Shown: positions 1 through 12,932 of the stretch, piece after piece
How positions within the stretch are numbered: the first letter of the stretch is position 1
Layout: every line of letters starts with the position of its first letter
Assembly (NCBI GenBank): GCA_003427395.1
Contig: BFEA01000012.1
Coordinates: 2,264,331-2,328,330, forward strand
Source: Chara braunii
Taxonomy: Eukaryota > Plantae > Charophyceae
Direction of reading: 5' to 3'
DNA length: 64,000 nt
The notes under the pieces: generated by a model
Seen by the model: the letters and a program-made list of their open reading frames with translations, nothing else
What the model was told of the DNA's origin: nothing
Database searches by the model: none
Made by a program: the position numbers and the translations under genes

Positions 1-600
1 TATGTTATGGAGAAAAATAAATTAAACAAGGTTTGCCTGAGCATTACATCTGAATACTTACCAAATTTGAAATAAAAATAAAATACGGAAAACAAATACT
101 AATAATAAAAATAAATAAAAATAAAAAGAGAATTAAATTTAGTGAGTGCGGGAGCATGTTTTCGACACCGCCATCTTTGGCGATTTTTCATTTTTTTTTG
201 GCATAGCTAAATGCCCTGAAAATTTACAGATGTGTACTTCACATAATACAAAACCCACTTAAAAAGTTTCAAAAAAAATAAAATTGTTTAGACCCCGAAC
301 TAAAGTGAAAACAAAAAGTAAAAAGTGAAAAAATACGTGGGCGAACACGTTTTGACACCCCCATCTTTGGCGAGTTTTAATTCTTATTTGGCTTAGCCAA
401 ATGACTTGAAAATTTACAGGCATGTACCTCACGTCATAGAGAACTCACAAAAAAAATTCAGTAAAAAATAATTATTTTTAGGCCCCGAAATAATTTTTGG
501 CGGGGGCCGAATGCCGTCGGGTACCCCGTACGGGACCCCGAACGCCCGTACGTACGGAGGTCTGCCCGGGGACCTTCGTACGTACGGGCCGGTGACCCTG
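1..600 (-). mobile_element. Partial non-autonomous hAT-like element, inverted copy of the family at 15162-16673
   Basis: Reverse complement begins CAGGGTCACCGGCCCGTACGTACG and aligns along its length with 15162-15778 (shared GACACCGCCATCTTTGGCG boxes, CGTACG/CCGAAC subterminal motifs). The other end is outside the window. Confidence 0.75.
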
Positions 601-1996
601 ATCGTCACCGTCAAACGAAATCACAAACATAAAACACATTAACGCGTCAAGAAAAGCCATGTCGTTATGAGCCCCGGCACAACGCTATTCCTGCGTGAAA
701 ATGCTTTCCTTCAGACTTATCCCGTTACCCCTTAGATTATCCTCGGCTACCCTCCGTAGGGTTGTAAATTGGTGTGGATACAGGTTGGGACCACCAGTTC
801 CTTCGGCATATTTTTTCCATCCCAGCATGCAACGAGGTTTTGTCAATTACTGGAGCCAATGAGAATGCGGAAAAGTTGCCCTTTAGATTATCCTCGGCTA
901 CTCTCCACATGGTCCGCAGGTACCCCTTACATGGTACCTCCACATGATCCGCAGGTACCAAATAGAGGATCCACAGGTGTCTTGATTGACATTGACGTCT
1001 TTTTCTAGTTAAAGATTTGATCAGAAATCTAATAGCAAGTTAATCAAAGAAGATAGTCGGAAATTTTACAACCACCTTCACCGAAATAGAGCCAATGAAT
1101 TCCAATGTCTTGAGCCGTGCTGGGCTGGCCTTGTCCCGTCTCCTTGAAAGACTTTTTGTACTTGATTATTTTTCATATCCTGGTAGAGATTCTGACATTG
1201 CAATTCATCGATACTCACGCTAGGACTTTTTCGAAGGGAGGAGTTGTTGGGAAGAAGTTTGGCTTCATCGTTAATTTGACTGTGATTATCGTTGGCGACA
1301 CCTGCGAAAGTCCTGGTGTGAGTGTGCTCTTCCTAAAAGGGAGGAGGAGACCAACTTGTGTAATCCTGCCAGGTTTTGATCTCTTCCTTCCGTTCAAAAT
1401 CTAACTGTTTCTGTTATCGTATTACTGTCGTCGTTTGTGTTTTCAGGATAAGAGGAAGCACCGTCTCAAGTTCCTCCTGCAGCAAACAGAGATTTTCGCT
1501 CATTTTGCTCAGAACACAGGTCGCATGGCTGCGAAGACGAAGGGCAGGTGAGTCGCATGATTTGTGCTCATCTGTAGAGTGTATATGAGACAGTTGAACA
1601 GTTTGTTTCCTAATACACTCCAATGGTGCTACGGCTACTCTCTGACTTGTCTTGGTACTCTCTCTCTCTCTCTCTCTCTATCTGTGAAGTACACACGAAT
1701 GAAGAAGTGAGTTTATCCATTTATCTAATGTATGCTCGCAGTAAGTATTCCCCCTTGAAACTCTCTCTCTCTCTCTCTGTGTGAAGTACATCATTTATCT
1801 CATATGTGCTCAGTTTTAAGTGTTCCCCCTTCCCCCCAACCCTCCAGCTTGTCCCATCCCTCATGCCACGAGTTAAACAAAGCAACGATACAGAGGAAGA
1901 ATGGCACCACTGCTGAGGAAACATGTCATGCACAAATTGAAGAATGGCACTGTTAAGAAATGAGGAGGAAAAATGATCCTGCGCACATGAATTGAG

Positions 1997-2012
1997 TGTG
2001 GAGAGAGAGAGC

Positions 2013-2075
<63 letters not shown>

Positions 2076-2231
2076 CTGTGTGTGTGTGCGTGTGAGAGAG
2101 AGTGTGTGTGTGTGTGGGCGTGTGAGAGAGAGAGTGTGTGTGTGTGTGTGTGCGTGTGTGTGCGTGTGTGTGTGTGTTTGTGTGTGTGTGAGTGTGTGTG
2201 GCTGGAGGGCGTGTTCATTAACAGAGTTCCC

Positions 2232-2277
<46 letters not shown>

Positions 2278-2330
2278 GCCGCATTCGAGTGGCCATGTGG
2301 AGGGAGAGAGACAGAGAGAGACAGAGAGAG

Positions 2331-2387
<57 letters not shown>

Positions 2388-2609
2388 AATAGAGAGAGAG
2401 AGAGAGAAAGAGTGAGAAACGGAGGTCGGTGGCGGTGCACGGCGGCGCACAATTCTTGCGTAGCGCAGCCACCGCCGCGCAGCCGCTTCCTTGGTCGCAC
2501 GGCCAACAACCCAGCCCCTTCGTAGTCCGCGCTGGTCAACGCGGCAATGTTTGGGGCCGCGGCGGTCTGCCTCTGGGATGCGTGTTTTGGCAAGCAGCGG
2601 CGCAGAAGG

Positions 2610-2674
<65 letters not shown>

Positions 2675-2697
2675 AGGGAGGGAGGGAGGGAGGGAGG
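1997..2697. repeat. Compound (GA)n/(GT)n/(GGGA)n microsatellite tract
   Basis: Directly visible; explains the SLSL/ERER/HTHT pseudo-ORFs. Confidence 0.95.
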
Positions 2698-3181
2698 TTG
2701 CTCAATCAGCCACATGCCATTCGTGAGCACCTTTTGACTTTGGTATTTTAAATTATTAGACAATACTTTGCAAGTCTGATAGATTGATGCCGCTTAGGTT
2801 GAGTGAGGCGGCATCAGCATTGTTGGCCGTGTTCATTATTGAAGTAAGTCGTGTTAGTATCTAACACAGCCACAACGCTATCTGACTTATTATGTGAGTG
2901 TTGTGTTACGTATGTGTTGGAAGGTAATTAAGTCAAGATGAGGCGCCTCTCTTTACCATCTTCCCCCGAACATAAGGCATATGAGTTGTAAACGAATACA
3001 ACACATATTGTGCGTTGTATTCGCTTACAACGCATATGCGTCATGTTTGAGTGAACGAGACCAACTTTGTTTGCACAAGGGGGTCGGGTCCGGGCTGAGT
3101 AGGCTCAGTTCTGGACCACGGCAGGGGGCCTCAGAGCCTTGACAAAATGGTCGAAGTAAAGTAACGACGTACCTTTCCATC

Positions 3182-3551
3182 ACACGTGGTTAACGACCCC
3201 CAGTTTCAACTCCTGAGTAACAGGTCAAAAACTGAAATTAGGGTTTGGGTGTGAAATTTATGTGTTTTGTTTTTTCTTGTTTTTGTCTTACTTCAAGGTT
3301 GTTGTGTACCAAATTCGGTCTCATTTGGAGCATCAGAATTTCCTCTAATAAGACCATTTCCAAAAACGCTGAAAATAATGAAAATTCGTTGAATCCTAAA
3401 TGTCATTCAAGTGCATTTTTCCCTTATTGTTTCACCCTGTTTTTATTTAGTTTTTCGTTTTTTTTTCATGGTTTGTTATGAAGGGTTTCTGGATTTCTTA
3501 TAAATAGCATTAAAAAAACGCTGAAATTTTGGGTCTCCGTTAACCGCCTGT
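3182..3551. mobile_element. MITE nested in the previous element, possibly Mutator-like
   Basis: TIRs ACACGTGGTTAACG / CGTTAACCGCCTGT; flanks CCTTTCCATC vs CCTTTCCAAG (8/10 putative TSD). Confidence 0.55.
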
Positions 3552-3952
3552 CCTTTCCAAGTCCTGGGTTGAGTTTCATTCATTTCCCCTACTTGGTCAC
3601 TTGCTCCACTCATCGGCAAATGTGCAAAATGCGAATGAGTCTTCCACTAGACCCTAGACAAATACAACCCTTTTTTTTTGTCTGGAGCAAGACCTTGGTG
3701 AGTGGCTTTTTTATTTTTCAACTTTTTTTGTCGTGCCACTTTTTTTGCCGCCCCACTTTCTTGGCCGTGCCAAATTCTTGGTTGTCAGAAGCGCCACTTT
3801 TTTGGCTGTCAAAAGCGCCTTCACACATGGGGAGAGAGAGAGAAAGAGAGGGAGAGAGAGAGGGGTGGGGGGGAGGGGGGGAGAGAGAGCCCTGCAATGC
3901 ATCTCAGTGACCAAGAGGGCAGTTTCTTGCCTGAAGAAGAGCATAGGGGGCA

Positions 3953-4010
<58 letters not shown>

Positions 4011-4209
4011 ACGGGCAGTGATCTGTGATTATGGGCCTGCATGGGCCTGCCCCATTCACCAAGGCAAAAACGGAGCAAGCGTTGACCTTCGGGAAAAAAA
4101 AAAAAAAGGTTATATTCGAATACAACAATTTTCTCTTCGTGAAATTGAAATAGAATTCATATGCATATTATTCGAATAGAACACATATGCGTATAGGAGG
4201 CAGAGAGGG

Positions 4210-4445
4210 NNNNNNNNNNNNNNNNNNNNNNNNNNNNNNNNNNNNNNNNNNNNNNNNNNNNNNNNNNNNNNNNNNNNNNNNNNNNNNNNNNNNNNNNNNN
4301 NNNNNNNNNNNNNNNNNNNNNNNNNNNNNNNNNNNNNNNNNNNNNNNNNNNNNNNNNNNNNNNNNNNNNNNNNNNNNNNNNNNNNNNNNNNNNNNNNNNN
4401 NNNNNNNNNNNNNNNNNNNNNNNNNNNNNNNNNNNNNNNNNNNNN
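4210..4445. other. Assembly gap (N run)
   Basis: 236 Ns, flanked by two similar copies of a ~250-bp segment. Confidence 1.
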
Positions 4446-4494
<49 letters not shown>

Positions 4495-6599
4495 ACGGGC
4501 AGTGATCTGTGATTACGGACCTACACGGGCCTGCCCCATTCACCAAGGAAAAAACGGAGCAAGCGTTGACCTTCGGGCAAAAAAAAAAAAAGGTTATATT
4601 CGAATACAACAATTTTTTCTTCGTGAAATTGAAATAGAATTCATATACATATTATTCGAATAGAACACATATGCGTATTATTCGAATAGAACGCGTATGT
4701 GTAATATTCGAAGTGTCGTTCTATTCGAAGTAAAGGGTCTAACTTTCAAAAAACTCATTTTTTTGAAAAACTTCAATACAACGCATATGCGTTATGTTCA
4801 GGGGAAAACGGGAGTTAGTAGACTATCGCTTTAGCGAAGGTTTTCATTAAGCGAGCGATATGGATAGGAGGTGGGATGACTGATGAAAGTGAATTAAAAG
4901 GGTTTAATACATGGCTTGTTTTTTTAATTAGGTTATACGACCTTGGCAAGTTGGACTCTGGAGCACACGTAGGTCCATATGCTTAGGGTTGAGCGTGTGG
5001 TGTGATAAGTATTGTAACAAGCACTGCAAAGGCTCTCGAGAGAGAACCGGTGGTGATGTCTGTAAATAATGGGTTTGAGCCATTTGTGAGTTGTTGAGTG
5101 ACATCTACGGATACGGTTAAGCGGTGAAGGTTACTCGGTTGGAGATTTGGGTGATCCGAAGTTAAGTCTTTGTTTTAAGCATACATATATAAATATATAT
5201 ATACATATATATACATATATATACATATATATATACATTATTCATATCTGTCTTTTTTATTTTTTATGTGCTCGTAGTGTGGTTTGTCTAATAACTTATT
5301 GGCAATGCACGTATGGATTGCCTTCCATTCAAGATGACATAGAATTTGCGTGAAACCCACGTTCAACATGGGACTGGACGTAAATGGGGTGACTTCCTTC
5401 TATGGAAGGTGAAGGGAGTCAGTATGTGTAGCTTGTTTCCAATGGAAGTGCATTCTTGATTGTTAGTCCATCGTTGAAGCTTAAGGAGGCAGTTATCAAT
5501 TTTGACAATGGTAGTGAGACCCATGTCGGAACTATGTTCCTGATTCATTAGTGGGGTATCGTTACATTTCCTCTGAATAGGAAAGTAACTATATTATCAG
5601 GTAAAAGAGGAGGAAGGGGTTTGTTACCTTCCTTAAACATTAATAGCGAAGTGGGGCAACTACTTCTTAGTAGAGACAGTTCTGGAGTAGCAACTCATAC
5701 TCGTCTCGTGTTAATAGGGTCACCATATTTGTAAGAGTGTGGATTCGTTATTCGTTGCTTTAATAGGTATGAATGAGGTTGTCCAGCTGACCGTGATAGA
5801 TTCGGTAAGGTGCAAGCACCGAAATCGGAGGGAGTTGCGGTCAGGTTTGATCTTTAGAGTGGGGCTCAAGAGTCAAGATGTTATCCCAAAACGATTACAC
5901 CACCCCTCAACATTATATGCTTCACTTAAGAGTTGAAGGAGTAACAACTGTATTATGTTATTTACTCATTGGTAGTTTTATTTTTGTCTTATAGAGCCAA
6001 CAATATATCCTTGAAAGTTTTATTTTGCATTATTGTCGCAGAATTGACAGATAGGCAAATATTTTGTTTAGTTTTCCTAAAGCAGGTTGTGTCATTCTAT
6101 CACATTTCTAGCAAACATTTTGCGTTTATCATGATGTCAACTATTATTGTGAGTTCGTGCTATTTACCTAGGATTGTATCACGCTTTGGATTTATGATTG
6201 GAGTTTTTGTTTACATGGTTTGTATATGCCGTATCCTTCTTTGATGTGAAAGTGGTATTTGTTTCAAATTGCTGTTTGAACCATGTTTTAAAAGTCAAGT
6301 ATATTTATCAATATATATTTGTAATATTATATTAGTTGGGATTCGTGTAAGCATGAGTGAGTATTCGTTTGTAGACTCTCTTTGATATCGTTGTCGTTCT
6401 GAATGGGTTCTCATGCACGCTCACATGATGAGTGTTGGGGTGTTTTAGTGCGGTATATTTTATAATTTTTATTTGCTTAGTTACGTGATTCCTTTCGAGT
6501 TCCGACCCTAAAACCTCTAGTTGTTTGTTCAACAGGTAATGGGGTCGAGAGATCTCAAGATGGATAGTTCGCAAAGGACGATCGAGGTCGAGAAACTCG

Positions 6600-7140
6600 C
6601 CTAATTGCTTGATCTCCGAGATTGGGAGCGAGTAAACCTACCCAATGATTGATATCGAATTTTTCATGGGTTATCATGTTTCCGACTTCCTCGATAAGTT
6701 TAGACAGATAGTGTCTCATTACAAGTGGAATGAGAAGCATATGTTGAGCGAGATTATAAAGAATATTCATATAGATTTGAAGGAGGAAGTTAGTGGGTTG
6801 ATTAGAAGAGCCAAGTCATCATGGAGTAAATTCCAAAATGACATGTGGGAAACATACTGACTAGGTGAGGAAAAACTAACAAAGGAAGATCTTGAGAGTG
6901 TAGATCGGTACAGTTATGTGTTTGTAGAGTAGTTTCTAGCAGAGTTTGATCGCGTTTTCCGCAAAGTCTGGGCATTGTCAAAATATGACAAGTGGTTCGC
7001 TTTCCTTATTAATTTTTTGAATGTAGAGCAACAAGATCTGATTCGCGGGACATAAGGAGGTTTGTATGGAATAAAATCCGAAATAATTTTGTACAAGGGG
7101 ATTTCGATGAACACCTCTATCATACTTTGCAATCAGCAAG
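6600..7140 (+). pseudogene. Degenerate retrotransposon Gag-like fragment (Ty3/Gypsy-type)
   Basis: FMGYHVSDFLDKFRQIVSHYKWNEKHML...SWSKFQNDMWETY*LGEEKLTKEDL...FLAEFDRV resembles an LTR-retrotransposon capsid N-terminus; in-frame stops. Confidence 0.5.
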
Positions 7141-10100
7141 GAAAAGAAAGGAGTCACAAAATTATGGCAAGAAGCAGCTTGATAAAAGGAAGAGTGTTTT
7201 TGGAGCGGGCACCTCTTAGGGTATGAAAGGTGGACTTCAGAAGGACACCAAGATGATGAAGTGGGATCGTAAGTAGAGTAAAGAAAAGAAAGTCGAAGCA
7301 TATATTGAGAGAAAAAAGGTTCAGACCGGAGTAAGGAACGTCGGGACTCATACCTGTGAGAGGACGATTGACGTTCCAAGCAGGAAGGCAAAAGAAAAGC
7401 GAGGGGGTAAAAAAAAAACTAATATAGCCTCACCTCCCAGTGCTCTCACTACATCTGATCCTTAAAAGGATTGTGATGGCAATGATGCATCGTCAACTGG
7501 AAGTTGAACAGGGCGGAAGAATAACAGGAGGCGTGAACGGTGGGCAAGGATAGTATGTGGTTGTTGTGGAAACATTGGTCATACCCCTCACAAATGCAAG
7601 ATGGCAAAAGAAGGAGTTGAACGGTGAGACCATTTGCTTTAGATAAACTTCAAGTTTCTTGATAGTTACCGCCACCTCGCTTAGCTCATTTATAGCAAGA
7701 AAAGGTAGAGTAATAAAGGTGGTTTTGGAATGACTTATAATAAACAGTCGGAGTGTTTTGACGGTGCGGAAAGCTCAGTGCTAGGCTGATTAACGATTAT
7801 TTGTTCGTATTGCTTTTAAGTTAAGCCTTTGAGGTTTTTCTCTGATATATAAAATTCACCTTGTATATAATTTTAATTTTGAGTGTAGATCTTCTATTGT
7901 TTTATATAATTAGATTGCCCGTACGTTTTGGATCTCAATATTCACTCTTTAAGTTTTGACTCAGTTTTGGTTGGATGAAAGTGGAGATTCTCTATGGTTA
8001 AAGTTCTTCATACGTTTGACGTTCAATCATCGCTGCGAGAACACTTGGGATTCGCTTATTGTATGTTAGTCGATTGTGGCATGTACGGTACGCTGTACAA
8101 GGTCATTTATTTACCATTGAAACTTCGATCTGTGATGACTCGAGACTTGAAATAATTCGAATCTTTTTGGAAGTCATTTTGGTATGTTTTTTTTATGTCT
8201 CCAGTTTGCAGATTTGTGCGCATTCTGGTTGGTATTAACATTCTCACTATTGTGACTTTGTGATTATTTCTGTTTTTTATTTCTAACTGTATTACGAGAA
8301 AGAAAAGGGTCAGAAAGTGTGAAGGAAAATGTCACAAATTGTGACTGAAGTGTGTTCAGAACGTACAGGGTTCGATGAAATGGAAAGAGTGTGATTATCA
8401 GTGAGAATTATTTTTGGCGACTTTAAGAGTCTAGAAATCGTATCGAGTTATAAATGAGGACGAGGTCATGCATGAGGGTGGCCTAAGTTGTTATTTTAGG
8501 AAAAGAGATTTACTAAGAGATTCATCATCCGCCTAGAGTCGGCAACTCCACTCTATATGGTTCAGAGTTGTCGGTGAGGGTGTCGTATGTGGCAAGGAAA
8601 CTCGCCTTATTCTTAGACCCCCTTTTTTATCTGTGGTTGTGAGTTGTGGGTGGTTTTGTGTATAGCAAAGGATAAGGAGAGCACCGCCTTGAATCGGCAT
8701 CCCCGCTTAGCCCAGTTTCGTAACAGTTGGTGAGGGAGTCGTCTGCTGCAAGAAAAATCGTCTGATTATGGGACCCTTCACTTAACTTGTTATGGGTTGC
8801 ATAGTCTGCGGCAGTGATTTCCACGATTGTGAAAAGTAAGGTTTGACTAACAGCCGGTGGAGGTGTCGTCTGCGGCAGGGAAACTTGAACCCTTCACTTG
8901 GTTTGTTTTGGCTGAAAGTAGCATTATCAGCGATTGTGAAATTTTGAGAAGTGAAAGGAATGAATTTTATTTGTAAGAAAAAATATGCCAGCTTGCTCGT
9001 TGAGCAAAGCTTGTGGATGAAATTGACAGAGTGTAACAAAAGTGAAAAACCTTACTTACAAAAGTAGGATTCGCGGGCAAAAGAGGTGAATTTATTGATT
9101 TTGAAGGTTTAATTAATACCTTTGCCAATTAGTTTTTGTGTGACGAAAATGAATGGTGTGTCTATTACAACAATTGTTTGTGAGGTTGGGCTTAACGGGG
9201 CCTAACCCATAAAGTGCATCTGTGGCCTGCACGACGAGGTCGATCAGGCTAGCCATTTGGTTAGCCATAAGATTGAGGTGCTACATTGTTACTTATACAC
9301 ACCCTCGTACGAGTACGAATCATACTCTTGTACTCATACGCTACTCGTACGACTTTTTTTTTTATTATAAAAATCCGGTATTGTTTTTATTTTTTCCCTC
9401 AAATTATAATAAGAATTTGCAGATAATGCTTAGTCAAATGTTGCTTGTTTTGTGTAATTGCATAACATATTTGTTTTTCGGATTTTCTTTATGACTTTTT
9501 TTTTTTTTTTTACGGGGGCATACAAGGCGTACAGGTTCCTGTACAAATATTACTTGTACGTTTCGTACGGAAACGCCCCATACGTGTACGTTCGGTAATG
9601 AAGTTGAAGTGTTTGATTATCCCCACGATGGGGTGTCCTCTTAAAATGGGTCCGCAAAGGTTGTGTAAGTGAGTTGAGTTCGGATGATCATTGTGGTGAA
9701 GAAAGGACGCCACAAAGATCAAAATATTGAACCCTCACCCACCACCGAGTCTGAGTTTCTGTTTGCGTGATGAGATGATTTGGATGCTCGGCGCGATAAA
9801 ATATAGCTTGAAGGTAATGAGGGTAGTGTAGTCTTGAGATTGACCTTATTGGGTTTCATGTCTATGATTATAGCTAGTGGCAAGCTAGGCTACCAGACGG
9901 GTCGCCCTAGTGGTTGCATTGTTTTTAAGATAAATGGTCTAGTCACATGCCCAATCGAGAGAGAAGTAGTTAAATAACTTGTTCGTGTATAACTATGACA
10001 AAGAGTTGAGCATTGTTTCTGAGATGAATTGCCTAACTCAATGCCTTATGTAAGATGGAATAAAGGGTTAATTAATTGGAGGTTCAATCAACTACTTGCA

Positions 10101-11994
10101 CGAAAGATAACTTTGGATTTTTTGTGAAAGACTTATCTTGGTCGTATGTGTTAGTTTGATTGTAAGTCTAGCCTAAGTTATCTTCTAATAAATAGTTGCT
10201 TCAAATGTTTGTTACAAAATTAAATTATGTCCAACTCTCTGATTTAGTAAAAAATTTGGCAGCACTCCCTTTAGAAAAGTAGGTTTCCTAAATTTATACT
10301 CAACCAGATATGAACTCAAAAACAAAACATGTAATTTGCTAAAACAAAATTCAACTAACTCTTTAGATTTGTAGAAATTTCGGCAACACTTCCCATAACA
10401 AAAATGTTTTTCCAAAATTTGTACAAAACTAAATACGCATTATAAAAATAATTAACACTTTACAAAGTCAAAATTTGTCAAACTTTCCAATTCAGCAAAA
10501 ACTTGGGCAACATTTAGTATAAAAAAATAGGTTTCCCAATTTTTCACTAAGTTTTTTATCTTTTATTTAGTTTACTATTACTTATGAAAATATATTTTCT
10601 CTAGAGGGAAATGCTGCCGAATTTTTTCATAATCTTCTGATACCATTTAAAGATGAATTTATACTTAGTTTTGTGATAAGTTGGAGTGTGATGTGATATG
10701 GGGGTTTATTATCCATACAGTTAAAAATTAACTTTGAGAACTGGTCTGTGTTGTATTGCAAACTCTCTTTGGTCACTTTGATTCAAAACCTTTTAGTTTT
10801 ATCCTGATCCTACGATGATATTTTTTTGTTTTTTTTTTTATAATAGGTTGGTTTACGACTGAACTCAGATTGATTATCTCAGCTCAACCTAAAGCCTTAG
10901 CCTCGATGCTTTATTTTGTTTCTTGGGATTTTCATCTAAATTATTTTTAATGGTCATTTTAAGGAACCGAGTACCTTTTATGGAAAGTTGGACAATGGTT
11001 GGGGTTGTACATGTGAGGCATGTCTGAGTTCCTGGGAATGGTAAAGTGAACTGCATTGGTGTCTAGCAATATGACGTTTTGCGGGTATGTATGTTCATGC
11101 AGGTTAGTGTTTGGAGTTTGATGTACAAGCCACACGTTGCAGGTAGTCAGAATGACAACCATATGTCGCATGATCTATAAACTTGATGGACTATATTTTA
11201 TCATTTTTATTTTATATCAAGTAGCAATGAATATGTGGGTGTTGGGATACTTGTCTGTTTATTTACTAATTTGCTTATTAAGTTTTATAGTTAGACGATG
11301 ATGTTCATGGTTGTTGCCAAAGGCAAACCCCTTGACAATGTCCAAGGTCTGCGAAGATGGAGCCTTTTTTTCAGGGTCAGAGACGTGTGGCCGCCACTAA
11401 GGGCCGAAGCCCGTCAACCACATATTCAGGGTGCGGAAGAAAGGTAGGTCTCGAAATTGCATCTGCGATTTCCTAGCGACAAGAGATTAACCTCTCAAGA
11501 CGTATGTAAGTCGACGCTTGAGTGTCGAAAGCGATCCTCAAAATCATTGAGGACCACATGGTTAACCATATACTACGACATTCTTGCGACTACTTGTGCA
11601 TTCAGGCATTGATAGTTGATGTGACAAGACATACGTCGTCGTGATATTTATTTAGAATCTCGCACATGATACCTATATATTTTTGTCGTCAAAAGTTTAT
11701 GGGTCGGATATAAAAAGGGCTTAGAGACGATTTACGTGTGAAACTTTTTTTATATTTGTGAATTGTATCGCATGGTTAGATGGACCGTCCTAATCGACCG
11801 GAGTAGAGTCGCGCTTGGGACATCAGCCCCAAGAGCATCGGCTCACGTGCAGGTCCGATTAAGGCGCTCGGCCACGTGGATGTCGTATGCGACAACGTAC
11901 GAGAAACGCCCTCGACTGGACCACCTTTACGATTGCACTCGAGCAACTTTCGCACGTGGTCCCTAGTTCTGCAAAGATACACCTGTCCAAAGGT

Positions 11995-12190
11995 GGTGAC
12001 AACCCCTTGGGATGAGGTAAGTTGTACCTCGTGTGACCCCTATCCTGACGTAGGGGTTTGAGAGAGGTGTTGCTGGCGCACTCCGCCGAAGCGGCAAAAG
12101 CTCCACTGCGATAAAAGTCCTACAAAATCTTACGTGACGCAGCTGGGAGGGTCCACTTATGGGACCAATGCGCTCGACACCGGGGCAACC
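11995..12190 (+). repeat. Dispersed repeat, copy 1 (copy 2 at 18530-18712)
   Basis: Shared GGTAAGTTGTACCTC...CCCCTATCCTGACGT(A/G)GGGGTT...AAAGCTCCAC...GGGAGGGTCC...GGGACC.ATGCGCT.GACA. Confidence 0.8.
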
Positions 12191-12893
12191 ATATGACTGG
12201 AATGCGTAACAGAACGGGGCTACGATAGACAATTACAACCAAACTTTGTCATCCAAACGGGAAAAAAAAGGTTTGAACAACTTAGTTGGATAGAGCCTGA
12301 ATCTCTACTTATAACTGGTCTACTCATTTTCTACTCGAAGTAGGAGCTAACTTAGTAGGTTCATGAGTGGATCGACAAGTTCTAGATAAGGGGATCGAGT
12401 TCATCCTGCCTCTGGGTTAAGTGTTTTTGGTAGGAACCGAGGCAAACCCCACACTGTTAACTCCGCCTCCGATCAATCGAGGCTTGAATTTGTGACCTCG
12501 ACATTAGAAATAAATAGGATTAAGTAGATAGGCTCCTGCCGTGACAGGAGTCTAACAGTTGCCTGCACGGAGAATCAAAGGTAATTCAAAAAAATATATT
12601 TTTTAATGATATTTATTAAATTTATTTTTCTAGTATTTCTATAATCATCTTATTTGAAATACTATCTAAGAATTGTGAAAGGTTTCTTGGTATATGGAAA
12701 AGAAACAATACATTCACCTACCATAAACTTTGGAGCACCGAGAACGAGCATCATCGCTTCTCAACCGAGCAACCAATCGAACAAATAAATAAATTTTTCG
12801 CTATAACGTGGAAAGGTACACCAAACATAAGAGAGGTCCGAACCCGGCACCTCTATTGCCATAAGTCCTTTAAAAAAAAAAAAAAAAAGCCAA

Positions 12894-12932
<39 letters not shown>

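Larger units (their letters stand above)
2956..4811. mobile_element. Non-autonomous Tc1/mariner (pogo/Tc2-like) DNA transposon
   Basis: ~35-bp imperfect TIRs: CCATCTTCCCCCGAACATAAGGCATATGAGTTGTA vs reverse complement of the right end CCGTTTTCCCCTGAACATAACGCATATGCGTTGTA. TA on the left flank, GA on the right (degenerate). Confidence 0.65.

Noticed and set aside
1953-2763. Long ORFs rich in SL/ER/HT/VC dipeptides (also at 3.7-4.6 kb and 36.1-36.9 kb)
   Set aside because: Translations of dinucleotide microsatellites.
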